From: Neoechinorhynchus agilis
Taxonomy: Eukaryota; Animalia; Acanthocephala
Reading direction: 5' to 3'
NCBI GenBank assembly: GCA_051530055.1
Contig: JBMGUZ010000030.1
Coordinates: 1 to 32,501 of the forward strand
DNA: 32,501 nucleotides
Shown: piece after piece, positions 1 to 12,100 of the stretch
How positions within the stretch are numbered: position 1 is the first letter of the stretch
Layout: every line of letters starts with the position of its first letter
Notes under the pieces: generated by a model
What the model was told of the DNA's origin: nothing
Seen by the model: the letters and a program-made list of their open reading frames with translations, nothing else
The model's database searches: none
Made by a program: the position numbers and the translations under genes

Positions 1-110
1 GAAGAAGAAATAAGAAGGAGAAAGAAGAAGAAGGAGAAAGATGAAGAAGGAGAAAGAGAAGAAGAAGAAAGAAGAAGAAAAAAGAAGGAAGAAGAAAGAA
101 GAAGGAGAAG

Positions 111-142
<32 letters not shown>

Positions 143-3100
143 AGAAAAAGAAGAAGATGGAGAAGAAGAAGAAGAAGAAGAAGAAAGAAGAAGAAGAAGA
201 AGGAGAAAGAAGAAAAGAAAGAAGAAGAAGAAGAAGAAAGAAGGAAGAAGGAGAAGAAGAAAGAAGAAGGAGAAGAAGAAAGAAGAAGAAAGAAGAAGGA
301 GAAGGAGAAAGGAGAAGAAGAGATGACGTCACAAAAAAATCTGATGACGTCGTCAAAAAGAAGAAAAAAGAAGAAGAAAGAAGGAGAAGAAAGAAGAAAG
401 GAGAAGAATAAAAAAGAAGAAGAAAGAAGAAGAAAGAAGAAGGAGAAGAAGAATAAAAAAGAAGGAGAAAGAACGAAGAAGAAGAAATAAGAAGGAGAAA
501 GAGGAAGAAGGAGAAAGAAGAAGAAAGAAGAAGAAGAAGAAAGAAAGAAAGAAGAAGGAAGAAGAAAGAAGAAGGAGAAGAAGAAGGAAGAAGAAGAAGA
601 AGAAAGAAGAAAGAGAAAAAGAAGAAAATGAGAAGGAAGAAGAAAGAAGAAGGAAGAAGAAAGAAGAAGGTGAAGAAGAAGGAAGAAGGTGAAGAAGAAA
701 GAAGAAAGAGAAAAAGAAGAAGATGGAGAAGCAGTAGAAGAAAGAAGGAGAAAGAAGGAGAAAGAAGAAGGAAGGAGAAGGAGAAGAAGAAAGAAGAAGG
801 AGATGGAGAAGAAGAAAGAAAGAGAAGAAAAAGGAGAAAGAAGAAGGAGAAAGAAAGAGAAGAAAAAGAAGAAAGAAGAAGGAGAAAGAAGGAGTAGAAG
901 AAAGAAGAACGAGAAGATAGAAGAAGAAGATAGAAGAGGAAAGAAGGAGAAGAAAGAAGAAGAATAAGAAAGAAGAAATAAGGAGAAGAAATAAGAGGAA
1001 AAAAGAAGAAGAAAGACGAAGAAAGAAGAAAGAAGGAGAAAGAAGAAGAAAGAAAAAGCAGATAGAAGAAGAAAAAAGGAATTCGAGAAAGAAGAAGGAA
1101 AAAGAAGAAATAAGGAGATAGAAAAGAAAAAAGGAATAGGAGAAAGAAGAAGGAAGAAGAAATAAGAAGGAAAAAGAAGAAGAAGAAAGAAGAAGAGAGA
1201 AGAAGAAGAAAGAAGGAGAAGAAGAAGGAGAAAGAAGAAAGAAGAAGGAGAAACAAGAAGGAGAAGGAGAAGAAGAAACAAGAAGGAAGAAGAAGGAGAA
1301 AAAGGAGAAGGAGAAGAAGAAAGAAGAAGAATAAAGAAGAAGGAGAAAGACGAAGGAGAAAGAAGAAGGAGAATAAAGGAGAAAGAAGAACAAGAAAGAA
1401 GAAGAGGAAGAAGAAAGCAGGAGAAAGAAGAAGAAGGAAGAAGGTGAAGAAGAAAGGAGAAGGAGAAAAAGAAGAAGGAGAACAAGAACAAGAAAGAAGA
1501 AGAAGAAAGAAGGTGAAATAAGGAGAAAGAATGAGAAGGAGAAGAAAGATGAAAAAGAAGAATAAAGAAGATGAAGAAGGAAAAAGAAATAGAAAGAAGG
1601 AGAAGAAGAAAGAAGAAGGAGAAGAAGAAAGATGGAGAAAGAAGAAGAAAGAAGGAGAAGAAGAGATGACGTCACAAAAAAATCTGATGACGTCATCAAA
1701 AAGAAGAAATAAGAAGGAGAAAGAGGAAGAAGGAGAAAGAGGAAAAGAGAAAGAGGAAGAGAAAGAGGAAGAAGAAAGAAGAAAGAAGAAGAAAGAAGAA
1801 GGTGAAGAAGAAGGAAGAAGGTGAAGAAGAAAGATGAAGGAGAAAAAGAAGAAAATGCAGAAGCAAGAAGAAAGAAGAAGGAGAAAGAAGAAGGAGAAAG
1901 AAGAAGAACAAGAAAGAAGAAGAAGAAAGAAGAAGGTGCAATAAGGAGAAAGAATGAGAAGGAGAAGAAGAAAGAAGAATAAGAAAGAAATAAGGAGATA
2001 GAATGAGAAGGAGAAAGATGAAAAAAGAAGATGAAGGAGAAAGAAAGAGAAAGAAGGAGAAGAAGAAAAAGACGAAGGAGAAAGAAGGAGAAGGAGAAAG
2101 AAGGAGAAGAAGAAAGAAGATGGAGAAAGAATAAGGAAAAGAAAGAAGGAGGAGAAGGAGAAGGAGAAGAAGGAGATCGAGAAGAAGAAGAATGATAACA
2201 AAGAAGAAGAAAGAAGAAGGAGAAGGAGGAGGAGAAGAAGGAGAAGAAGAAAGAGGATAGAAGAAGAAGGAAGAAAGAAGGAGAAAGAAGAAGAAATAAG
2301 AAGGAGAAAAAGAAAGAAGAAGAAGAAAGAAGAATAAGAAAGAAATAAGGAGATAGAATGGGAAGGAGAAGAAAGAAGAAGGTGAAATAAGGAGAAAGAA
2401 TTAGAAGTAGAAGAAAGATGAAAAAAGAAGAAGAATAAAGAAGATGAAGAAGGATAAAGAAGGAGAAGAAGAAAGAATGAGAAGGAGAAGAAAGATGAAA
2501 AAAGAAGAAGAATAAAGAAGATGAAGAAGGAGAAGAAGAAAGAAGGAGAAGAAGAAAGAAGATGGAGAAAGAAGAAGAAGGAGAAGAAGAAAGAAGGAGG
2601 AGAAGGAGAAAAAAGAAGGAGAAATAGAAGAATAGATGACGTCACAAAAAATCTGATGGCGTCATCAAAAAGAAGAAAAAAGAAGAAGAAAGAAGGAGAA
2701 GTAGAAAGAAGAAGAAAGAAGAAGGAGAAGAATAACAAAAAAAGAAGAAAGAAGAAGAAAGAAAAAGGAGATAGAAGAAGAAAAAATTAATTGGAGAAAG
2801 AAGGAAGAAGACGAAATAAGAAGGAGAAAGAGGAAGAAGAAGAAGAAAGAAGAAGAAGAAAGAAGAAAGAAGAAGGAAGAAGAAAGAAGAAGGTGAAGAA
2901 GAAGAAAGCAGAAGGAGAAAAAGAAGAAGATGGAGAAGCAAGAAGAAAAAGAAGGAGAAGGAGAAGAAGAAGAAAGAAGAAGGAGAAAGGAGAAGAAGAA
3001 CAAGAAAGAAGAAGAAGAAGAAGAAAGAAGAAGTTGAAATAAGGAGAAAGGATGAGAAGGAGAAGAAGAAAGAAGAATAAGAAAGAAATAAGGAGATAGA

Positions 3101-6100
3101 ATGAGAAGGAGAAAGATGAAAAAAGAAGAAGAAAGAAGATGAAGGAGAAAGAAAGAGAAAGAAGGAGAAGGATAAGAAGAAGAAAGAAAAAGGAGATAGA
3201 AGAAGAAAGAAGATGGAGAAAGAAGAAGCAAAAGAAAGAAGGAGAAATAGGAGAAGAAGAGATGACGTCACAAAAAATTTTGATGACGTCGTCAAAAAGA
3301 AGAAAAAGAAGAAAGAAGGAGAAGAAGAAGAAAGAGGAGAAGAAATAGATGTAGAAGGAAGAAGAAAGAAGAAGGAGAAGAATAACAAAGAAGAATAAGA
3401 AAGACGAAGGAGAAAGAAGAAGGAGGATAAGGAGATCGAGAAGAAGAAGAATGATAACAAAGAAGAAGGAAGAAGAAGGAGGAGAAGAAGAAGGAAGAAA
3501 GAAGAAGGAGAAAGAAGAATGAGAAGGAATTGGAGAAAGAAGAAGGAAGAAGAAATAAGAAGGAGAAAGAGGAAGAAAGAAGAAGAAGAAGTAAGAAGAA
3601 GAAGTAAGAAGAAGAAAGAAGAAGATAAAAGAAAGAAGGAGGAGAAGATGGAGAAGCAGTAGAAGAAAGAAGGAGAAAGAAGGAGAAAGAAGAAAGAAGG
3701 AGAATAAGAAAGTAGAAGGAGAAGAAGAAGGAAGAAGGAGAAAGAAAGAGAAGAAGAAGAAGAAAGAAGAAGGAGAAAGAAGTAGTAGAAGAAAGAAGAA
3801 CAAGAAGATAGAAGAAGAAGAAGAAGAAGAAGAAGAAGAAAGAAGAAGAAAGAAGAAAGAAGAGGAAAGAAGAAGGAGAAGAAAGAAGAAGGAGAAGAAA
3901 GAAGCAGAAGAAAGAGCAACAAGAAGAAAGAGGGAGGAGAAGGGGAAGAAGAAGAAAGAAGACGAAGGAAGAAAGAAGAAGGAGAAGGAATTGGAGAAGG
4001 AAGAAGAAATAAGAAGGAGAAAGAGGAAGAAAGAAGAAAGAAGAAGAAGTAAGAAGAAGAAAGAAAGAAGAAATGAGAAGAAGAAAGACGAAGGAGAAAG
4101 AAGAAGAAGAAGAAAGAAGAAGGAGAAAGAAAGAAAAAGAAGAAGAAAGAAGAAGAAGAAAGAAGGAGTAGATTAACAAAGAAGAAGAAAGTAGGAGGAG
4201 GAGAAGAAGGAGAATAAGAAGAAAGAAGAAGGAGCTAGAAGAAGAAAGAAGGAGGAGAAGGGGAAGGAGAAGAAGAAGAAAGAGAAAGGAGAAGAAGAAA
4301 GAAGAAGGAAAAGAAAGAAGAAGGAGGAGAAGGAGAAGGAAGAGGAGGAGAAGAAGAAGGAGAAGGAAGAAGAATGAGAATTGGAAAGAAGAAGAAGAAA
4401 GAAGAAGAAAGAAAGAAGAAGAAGAAAGAAGAAAAAGAAAGTAGAAGTAAGAAGAAGGAGAAGGAAGAAGGAGAAAAAAGAAGAAGAAATAAGAAGGAAG
4501 AAGAGGCAAGAAGAAGGAGAAGAAGAAGAAAGAAGAAAGAAGAAAAAGAAGAAGAAGGAGAAGGAAGAAGAAAGAAGAAGGAGAAAGAAGAAGAACAAGA
4601 AAGAAGAACAAAGAGGAAGGTGAAATAAGGAGAATGAATGAGAAGGAGAAGAAAGATGAAAAAAGAAGAAGAAAGAAGATGAAGAAGGAGAAAGAAAGAG
4701 AAAGAAGGAGAAGAAGAAAGAAGATGGAGAAAGAAAAAGGAGAAGAAGAAGAAAGAAGAATAAGAAAGAAGAAATAAGGAGAAAGAATGAGAAGGAGAAA
4801 GATGAAAAAAGAAGATGAAGAAGGAGAAAGAAAGAGAAAGAAGGAGAAGAAGAGAGAAGAAGGAGAAGAAGAAAAAAGATGGAGAAAGAAGAAGGAAAAG
4901 AAAGAAGGAGAAATAGGAGAAGAAGAGATGACGTCACAAAAAATTTTGATGACGTCGTCAAAAAGAAGAAAAAGAAGAAGAAAGAAGGAGAAGAAGAAGA
5001 AAGAGGAGAAGAAGGAGATGTAGAAAGAAGAAGAAAGAAGAAGGAGAAGAATAACAAAGAAGAAAGACGAAGGAGAAAGAAGAAGGAGGATAAGGAGATC
5101 GAGAAGAAGAAGAATGATAACAAAGAAGAAGAAAGAAGAAGGAGAAGGAGGAGAAGAAGGAGAAGAAGAAGAAGAAGAAGAAGAAGGAAGAAAGAAGAAT
5201 GAGAAAGAAGAATGAGAAGGAATTGGAGAAAGAAGAAGGAAGAAGAAATAAGAAGGAGAAAGAGGAAGAAAGAAGAAGAAGTAAGAAGAAGAAAGAAGAA
5301 GATAAAAGAAAGAAGAAAGAAGAAGAAGATGGAGAAGCGGTAGAAGAAAGAAGGAGAAAGAAGAAGGAAGGAGAAGGAGAAGAAGAAAGAAGAAGGAGAT
5401 GGAGAAGAAGAAAGAAAGAGAAGAAAAAGGAGAAAGAAGAAGGAGAAAGAAAGAGAAGAAAAAGAAGAAGGAGAAAGAAGGAGTAGAAGAAATAAGAACG
5501 AGAAGATAGAAGAAGAAGAAAGAAGAGGAAAGAAGGAGAAGAAAGAAGAAGAATAAGAAAGAAGAAATAAGGAGAAGAAATAAGAGGAAAAAAGAAGAAG
5601 AAAGACGAAGAAAGAAGAAAGAAGGAGAAAGAAGAAGAAAGAAAAAGGAGATAGAAGAAGAAAAAAGGAATTCGAGAAAGAAGAAGGAAAAAGAAGAAAT
5701 AAGGAGAAAGAGGAAGAAGAATATGAAGAAGTAAGAGGAAGAAGAAAGAAGAAGACGAAAGAAGAAGAAGAAAGAAGAAAGAAAAAGGAGAAGAAGAAAG
5801 AAGGGGAAAGAAGAAAAAGAAAGAAGAAGGGGAAGGAAGAAGGAGAAAGAAGGTGAAGAAGAAGGAGAAGCAAGAAGAAGCAGAAAGAAGAAGAAGAAGA
5901 AGAAAGAAGAAGGAGAAGAATAACAAAGAAGGAATAGGAGAAAGAAGAAGGAAGAAGAAATTAGAAGGAAAAAGAAGAAGAAGAAAGAAGAAGAGAGAAG
6001 AAGAAGAAGAAAGAAGAAGGAGAAGAAGGAGAAGGAGAAAGAAGAAAGAAGAAGGAGAAGGAAGAGAAACAAGAAGGAGAAGGAGAAGAAGAAACAAGAA

Positions 6101-9100
6101 TGAGATGGAGAAGAAGAATAAGAAAGAAAGAGGAGACGAAGAAGAAAGAAGAAGGAGAAAGAAGGAGTTGAAGAAAGAAGAAGAACAAGAAGAAGAAGAA
6201 GAACAAGAAGATAGAAGAAGTAGAAGAAAGAAAATGGAGGAAGAAGTAGACAAAGAAGAAGAAGGAGAAGAAAGAAGAAGGCTGGAGAAGAAGGAAGAAG
6301 AACGAGAATTGAAAGAAGGAGAAAAGAAAGAAGGAGAAGGAAGAAGAAAAGAAGAAGAAATAAGAAGGAAGAAGAAGGAGAAAAAGGAGAAGGAGAAGAA
6401 GAAAGAAGAAGAATAAAGAAGAAGGAGAAAGACGAAGGAGAAAGAAGAAGGAGAAGGAAGGAGAAAGAAGAACAAGAAAGAAGAAGAGGAAGAAGAAAGC
6501 AGGAGAAAAAAGAAGGAAGAAGGTGAAGAAGAAAGGAGAAGGAGAAAAAGAAGAAGGAGAAGAACAAGAAAGAAGAAGAAGAAAGAAGGTGAAATAAGGA
6601 GAAAGAATGAGAAGGAGAAGAAAGATGAAAAAGAAGAAGAATAAAGAAGATGAAGAAGGAAAAAGAAATAGAAAGAAGGAGAAGGAAAGAAGGAGAAGAA
6701 GAGATGACGTCACAAAAAAATCTGATGACGTCATCAAAAAGAAGAAAAAGAAAAGAAAGAAGGAAAGAAGTAGAAAGAAGAAAGGAAAGAATAAAAAAAA
6801 AGAAGAAAGAAGAAGAAAGAAAAAGAGAAGAAGAAGAAAAGAATGAGAAAGAGAAGAAGACGAAATAAAAAAGAAGGAGAAAGAGGAAGAAGGAGAAAGA
6901 GAAGAGAAGAAAGAAGAAGAAAAAAGAAGGAAGAAGAAGGAAGAAGAAGAAGAAAGAGAAGGAGAAAAGAAGAAGAGGAGAAAAGAAGAAAGAAGAAGGA
7001 GAAAGAAGAAGGAGAAGGAAAAAGAAGAAAAGAAAGAAGAAGAAAGAAGAAAGAAGAAGAAGGAAGAAGAAAGGAGAAGGAGAAGAAGAAAGATAAAGAA
7101 GAAGGAGAAGAAGAAGGAGAAGAAGAGATGACGTCACAAAAAAATCTGATGACGTCATCAAAAAGAAGAAAAAAGAAGAAGAAAGAAGGAGAAGAGAAAG
7201 AAGAAAGGAGAAAGAAAAGAAAGAAAAAGGAGATAGAAAAGAAAAGGAGAAAGAAGGAAGAAGAGAAATAAGAAGGAGAAAGAGGAAGAAGGAGAAAGAG
7301 GAAGAAAGAGGAAGAAGAAGAAAGAACAAGAAAGAAGAAAGAAGAAGGTGAAGAAGAAGGAAGAAGGTGAAGAAGAAAGCAGAAAGAGAAAAAGAAGAAA
7401 ATGGAGAAGCAAGAAGAAAGAAGAAGGAGAAAGAAGAAGAAAAGAAAGAAGAAGAACAAGAAAGAAGAAGAAAGAAGAAGGTGCAATAAGGAGAAAGAAT
7501 GAGAAGGAGAAGAAAGAAGAATAAGAAAGAAATAAGGAGATAGAATGAGAAGGAGAAAGATGAAAAAAGAAGATGAAGGAGAAAGAAAGAGAAAGAAGGA
7601 GAAGGAGAAGAAGAAAGAAGAAGAAAAAGACGAAGGAGAAAGAAGGAGAAGAAGAAAGAAGATGGAGAAAGAATAAGGAAAAGAAAGAAGGAGGAGAAGG
7701 AGAAGGAGAAGAAGAAGGAGATCGAGAAGAAGAAGAATGATAACAAAGAAGAAAGAAGAAGGAGAAGGAGGAGGAGAAGAAGGAGAAAGAGGATAGAAGA
7801 AGAAGGAAGAAAGAAGAAGGAGAAAGAAGAAGAAGAAGAAATAAGGAGAAAAAGAAAAAGAAGAAGAAGAAGAAAGAAGAATAAGAAAGAAATAAGGAGA
7901 TAGAATGAGAAGGAGAAAGATGAAAAAAGAAGAAGAAAGAAGATGAAGGAGAAAGAAAGAGAAAGAAGGAGAAGGATAAGAAGAAGAAAGAAAAAGGAGA
8001 TAGAAGAAGAAAGAAGATGGAGAAAGAAGAAGGAAAAGAAAGAAGGAGAAATAGGAGAAGAAGAGATGACGTCACAAAAAATTTTGATGACGTCGTCAAA
8101 AAGAAGAAGAAGAAAGAGGAGAAGAAATAGATGTAGAAGGAAGAAGAAAGAAGAAGGAGAAGAATAACAAAGAAGAATAAGAAAGACGAAGGAGAAAGAA
8201 GAAGGAGGATAAGGAGATCGAGAAGAAGAAGAATGATAACAAGGAAGAAGAAAGAAGAAGGAGAAGAAGAAGGAAGAAGATAGAAGAAGAAGGAAGAAAG
8301 AAGAAGGAGAAAGAAGAATGAGAAGGAATTGGAGAAAGAAGAAGGAAGAAGAAATAAGAAGGAGAAAGAGGAAGAAAGAAGAAGAAGAAGAAGAAAGAAG
8401 AAGATAAAAGAAAGAAGGAGAAGAAGATGGAGAAGCAGTAGAAGAAAGAAGGAGAAGAAGGAGAAAGAAGAAAGAAGGAGAAGAAAGAAGAAGGAGAAGG
8501 AGAAGAAGAAGGAGAAAGAAAGAGAAGAAGAAAGAAGAAGGAGAAAGAAGTAGTAGAAGAAAGAAGAACAAGAAGATAGAAGAAGAAGAAGAAGAAGAAG
8601 AAAGAAGAGGAAGGAAGAAGGAGAAGAAGAAAGAGAAGAAAGAATCAGAAGAAAGAGCAACAAGAAGAAAGAGGGAGGAGAAGGGGAAGGAGAAGAAGAG
8701 AAAGAAGAAAGAAGACGAAGGAAGAAAGAAGAAGGAGAAGGAATTGGAGAAGGAAGAAGAAATAAGAAGGAGAAAGAGGAAGAAAGAAGAAAGAAGAAGA
8801 AAAGAGGAGAAAGAAAGAAGAAATGAGAAGAAGAAAGACGAAGGAGAAAGAAGAAGAAGAAAGAAGAAGGAGAAAGAAGAAGAAAGAAGAAAAAGAAGAA
8901 GAAGGAGAAGGAAGAAGAAAGAAGAAGAGAAAGAGGAAGGGAAATAAGGAGAAGAATGAGAAGGAGAAGAAAGATGAAAAAAGAAGAAGAAAGAAGATGA
9001 AGAAGGAGAAAGAAAGAGAAAGAAGGAGAAGAAGAAAGAAGATGGAGAAAGAAAAAGGAGAAGAAGAAGAAAGAAGAATAAGAAAGAAGAAATAAGGAGA

Positions 9101-12100
9101 AAGAATGAGAAGGAGAAAGATGAAAAAAGAAGATGAAGAAGGAGAAAGAAAGAGAAAGAAGGAGAAGAAGAGAGAAGAAGGAGAAGAAGAAAAAAGATGG
9201 AGAAAGAAGAAGGAAAAGAAAGAAGGAGAAATAGGAGAAGAAGAGATGACGTCACAAAAAATTTTGATGACGTCGTCAAAAAGAAGAAAAAGAAGAAGAA
9301 AGAAGGAGAAGAAGAAGAAAGAGGAGAAGGAGATGTAGAAAGAAGAAGAAAGAAGAAGGAGAAGAATAACAAAGAAGAAAGACGAAGGAGAAAGAAGAAG
9401 GAGGATAAGGAGATCGAGAAGAAGAAGAATGATAACAAAGAAGAAGAAGAGAAGGAGGAGAAGAAGGAGAAGAAGAAGGAGAAGAAGAAGAAGAAGGAAG
9501 AAAGAAGAATGAGAAAGAAGAATGAGAAGGAATTGGAGAAAGAAGAAGGAAGAAGAAATAAGAAGGAGAAAGAGGAAGAAAGAAGAAGAAGTAAGAAGAA
9601 GAAAGAAGAAGATAAAAGAAAGAAGAAAGAAGAAGAAGATGGAGAAGCGGTAGAAGAAAGAAGGAGAAAGAAGGAGAAAGAAGAAGGAAGGAGAAGGAGA
9701 AGAAGAAAGAAGAAGGAGAAAGAAAGAGAAGAAAAAGAAGAAGGAGAAAGAAGGAGTAGAAGAAATAAGAACGAGAAGATAGAAGAAGAAGAAAGAAGAG
9801 GAAAGAAGGAGAAGAAAGAAGAAGAATAAGAAAGAAGAAATAAGGAGAAGAAATAAGAGGAAAAAAGAAGAAGAAAGACGAAGAAAGAAGAAAGAAGGAG
9901 AAAGAAGAAGAAAGAAAAAGGAGATAGAAGAAGAAAAAAGGAATTCGAGAAAGAAGGAAAAAGAAGAAATAAGGAGAAAGAGGAAGAAGAATATGAAGAA
10001 GTAAGAGGAAGAAGAAAGAAGAAGACGAAAGAAGAAGAAGAAAGAAGAAAGAAAAAGGAGAAGAAGAAAGAAGGGGAAAGAAGAAAAAGAAAGAAGAAGG
10101 GGAAGGAAGAAGGAGAAAGAAGGTGAAGAAGAAGGAGAAGCAAGAAGAAGCAGAAAGAAGAAGAAGAAGAAAGAAGAAGGAGAAGAATAACAAAGAAGGA
10201 GAAGAAGGAGAAGAAGAAGAAAGAAAAAGGAGATAGAAGAAGAAAAAAGGAATAGGAGAAAGAAGAAGGAAGAAGAAATAAGAAGGAGAAAGAAGAAGAA
10301 GGAGAAGAAGAAACAAGAAGAAGGAGAAGAAGAATAAGAAAGAAAGAGGAGACGAAGAAGAAAGAAGAAGGAGAAAGAAGGAGTTGAAGAAAGAAGAAGA
10401 ACAAGAAGATAGAAGAAGAACAAGAAGATAGAAGAAGTAGAAGAAAGAAAATGGAGGAAGAAGTAGAACAAAGAAGAAGAAGGAGAAGAAAGAAGAAGGC
10501 TGGAGAAGAAGAAGGAAGAAGAACGAGAATTCGAAAGAAGGAGAATAAGAAAGAAGGAGAAGGAAGAAGGAGAAAAAAGAAGAAGAAATAAGAAGGAAGA
10601 AGAAGGAGAAAAAAGGAGAAGGAGAAGAAGAAAGAAGAAGAATAAAGAAGAAGGAGAAAGACGAAGGAGAAAGAAGAAGGAGAAGGAAGGAGAAAGAAGA
10701 ACAAGAAAGAAGAAGAGGAAGAAGAAAGCAGGAGAAAAAAGAAGGAAGAAGGTGAAGAAGAAAGGAGAAGGAGAAAAAGAAGAAGGAGAAGAACAAGAAA
10801 GAAGAAGAAGAAAGAAGGTGAAATAAGGAGAAAGAATGAGAAGGAGAAGAAAGATGAAAAAGAAGAAGAATAAAGAAGATGAAGAAGGAAAAAGAAATAG
10901 AAAGAAGGAGAAGAAGAAAGAAGGAGAAGAAGAGATGACGTCACAAAAAAATCTGATGACGTCATCAAAAAGAAGAAAAAAGAAGAAGAAAGAAGGAGAA
11001 GAAGTAGAAAGAAGAAAGGAGAAGAATAACAAAAAAAGAAGAAAGAAGAAGAAAGAAAAAGGAGATAGAAGAAGAAAAAATGAATTGGAGAAAGAGGAAG
11101 AAGACGAAATAAGAAGGAGAAAGAGGAAGAAGGAGAAAGAGGAAGAAGGAGAAAGAGGAAGAAGAAGAAAGAAGAAGAAAAAAGAAGGTGAAGAAGAAAG
11201 AAGAAGGTGAAGAAGAAAGAAGAAGGAGAAAAAGAAGAAGATGGAGAAGCAAGAAGAAAGAAGAAGGAGAAAGAAGAAGGAGAAGGAAGGAGAAAGAAGA
11301 ACAAGAAAGAAGAAGAGGAAGAAGAAAGAAGGAAGAAGGTGAAGAAGAAAGGAGAAGGAGAAGAAGAAAGATGTAGAAAGAAGAAGGAGAAGAAGAAAGG
11401 AGAAGAAGAGATGACGTCACAAAAAAATCTGATGACGTCATCAAAAAGAAGAAAAAAGAAGAAGAAAGAAGGAGAAGTAGAAAGAAGAAAGGAGAAGAAG
11501 AAAAAAAAAGAAGAAAGAAGAAGAAAGAAGAAGGAGATAGAAGAAGAAAAAAGAAGGAGAAAGAACGAAGAAGAGAAAGAAGAAGAAAAGAGGAAGAAGG
11601 AGAAAGAGAAGAGAGAAGAAGAAGAAAGAAAGAAAGAAAGAAGAAGAAAGAAGAAGTGAAGGAGAAGGAAGAAGGAAGAAGAAAGAGAAGAAAGAAGAAA
11701 TAACAAGGAGAAAGAAGAAGGAAGAAGAAAGAAGAAGAAGAAGAAGGAAGAAGATAAAAGAAAGAAGAAAGAGAAAAAGAAGAAGATGGAGAAGCAGTAG
11801 AAGAAAGAAAGAGAAAGAAGGAGAAAGAAGAAGGAAGGAGAAGGAGAAGAAGAAAGAAGAAGGAGATGGAGAAGAAGAAAGAAAGAGAAGAAAAAGGAGA
11901 AAGAAGAAGGAGAAAGAAAGAGAAGAAAAAGAAGAAAGAAGAAGGAGAAAGAAGGAGTAGAAGAAAGAAGAACGAGAAGATAGAAAAAGAAGATAGAAGA
12001 GGAAAGAAGGAGAAGAAAGAAGAAGAATAAGAAAGAAGAAATAAGGAGAAGAAATAAGAGGAAAAAAGAAGAAGAAAGACGAAGAAAGAAGAAAGAAGGA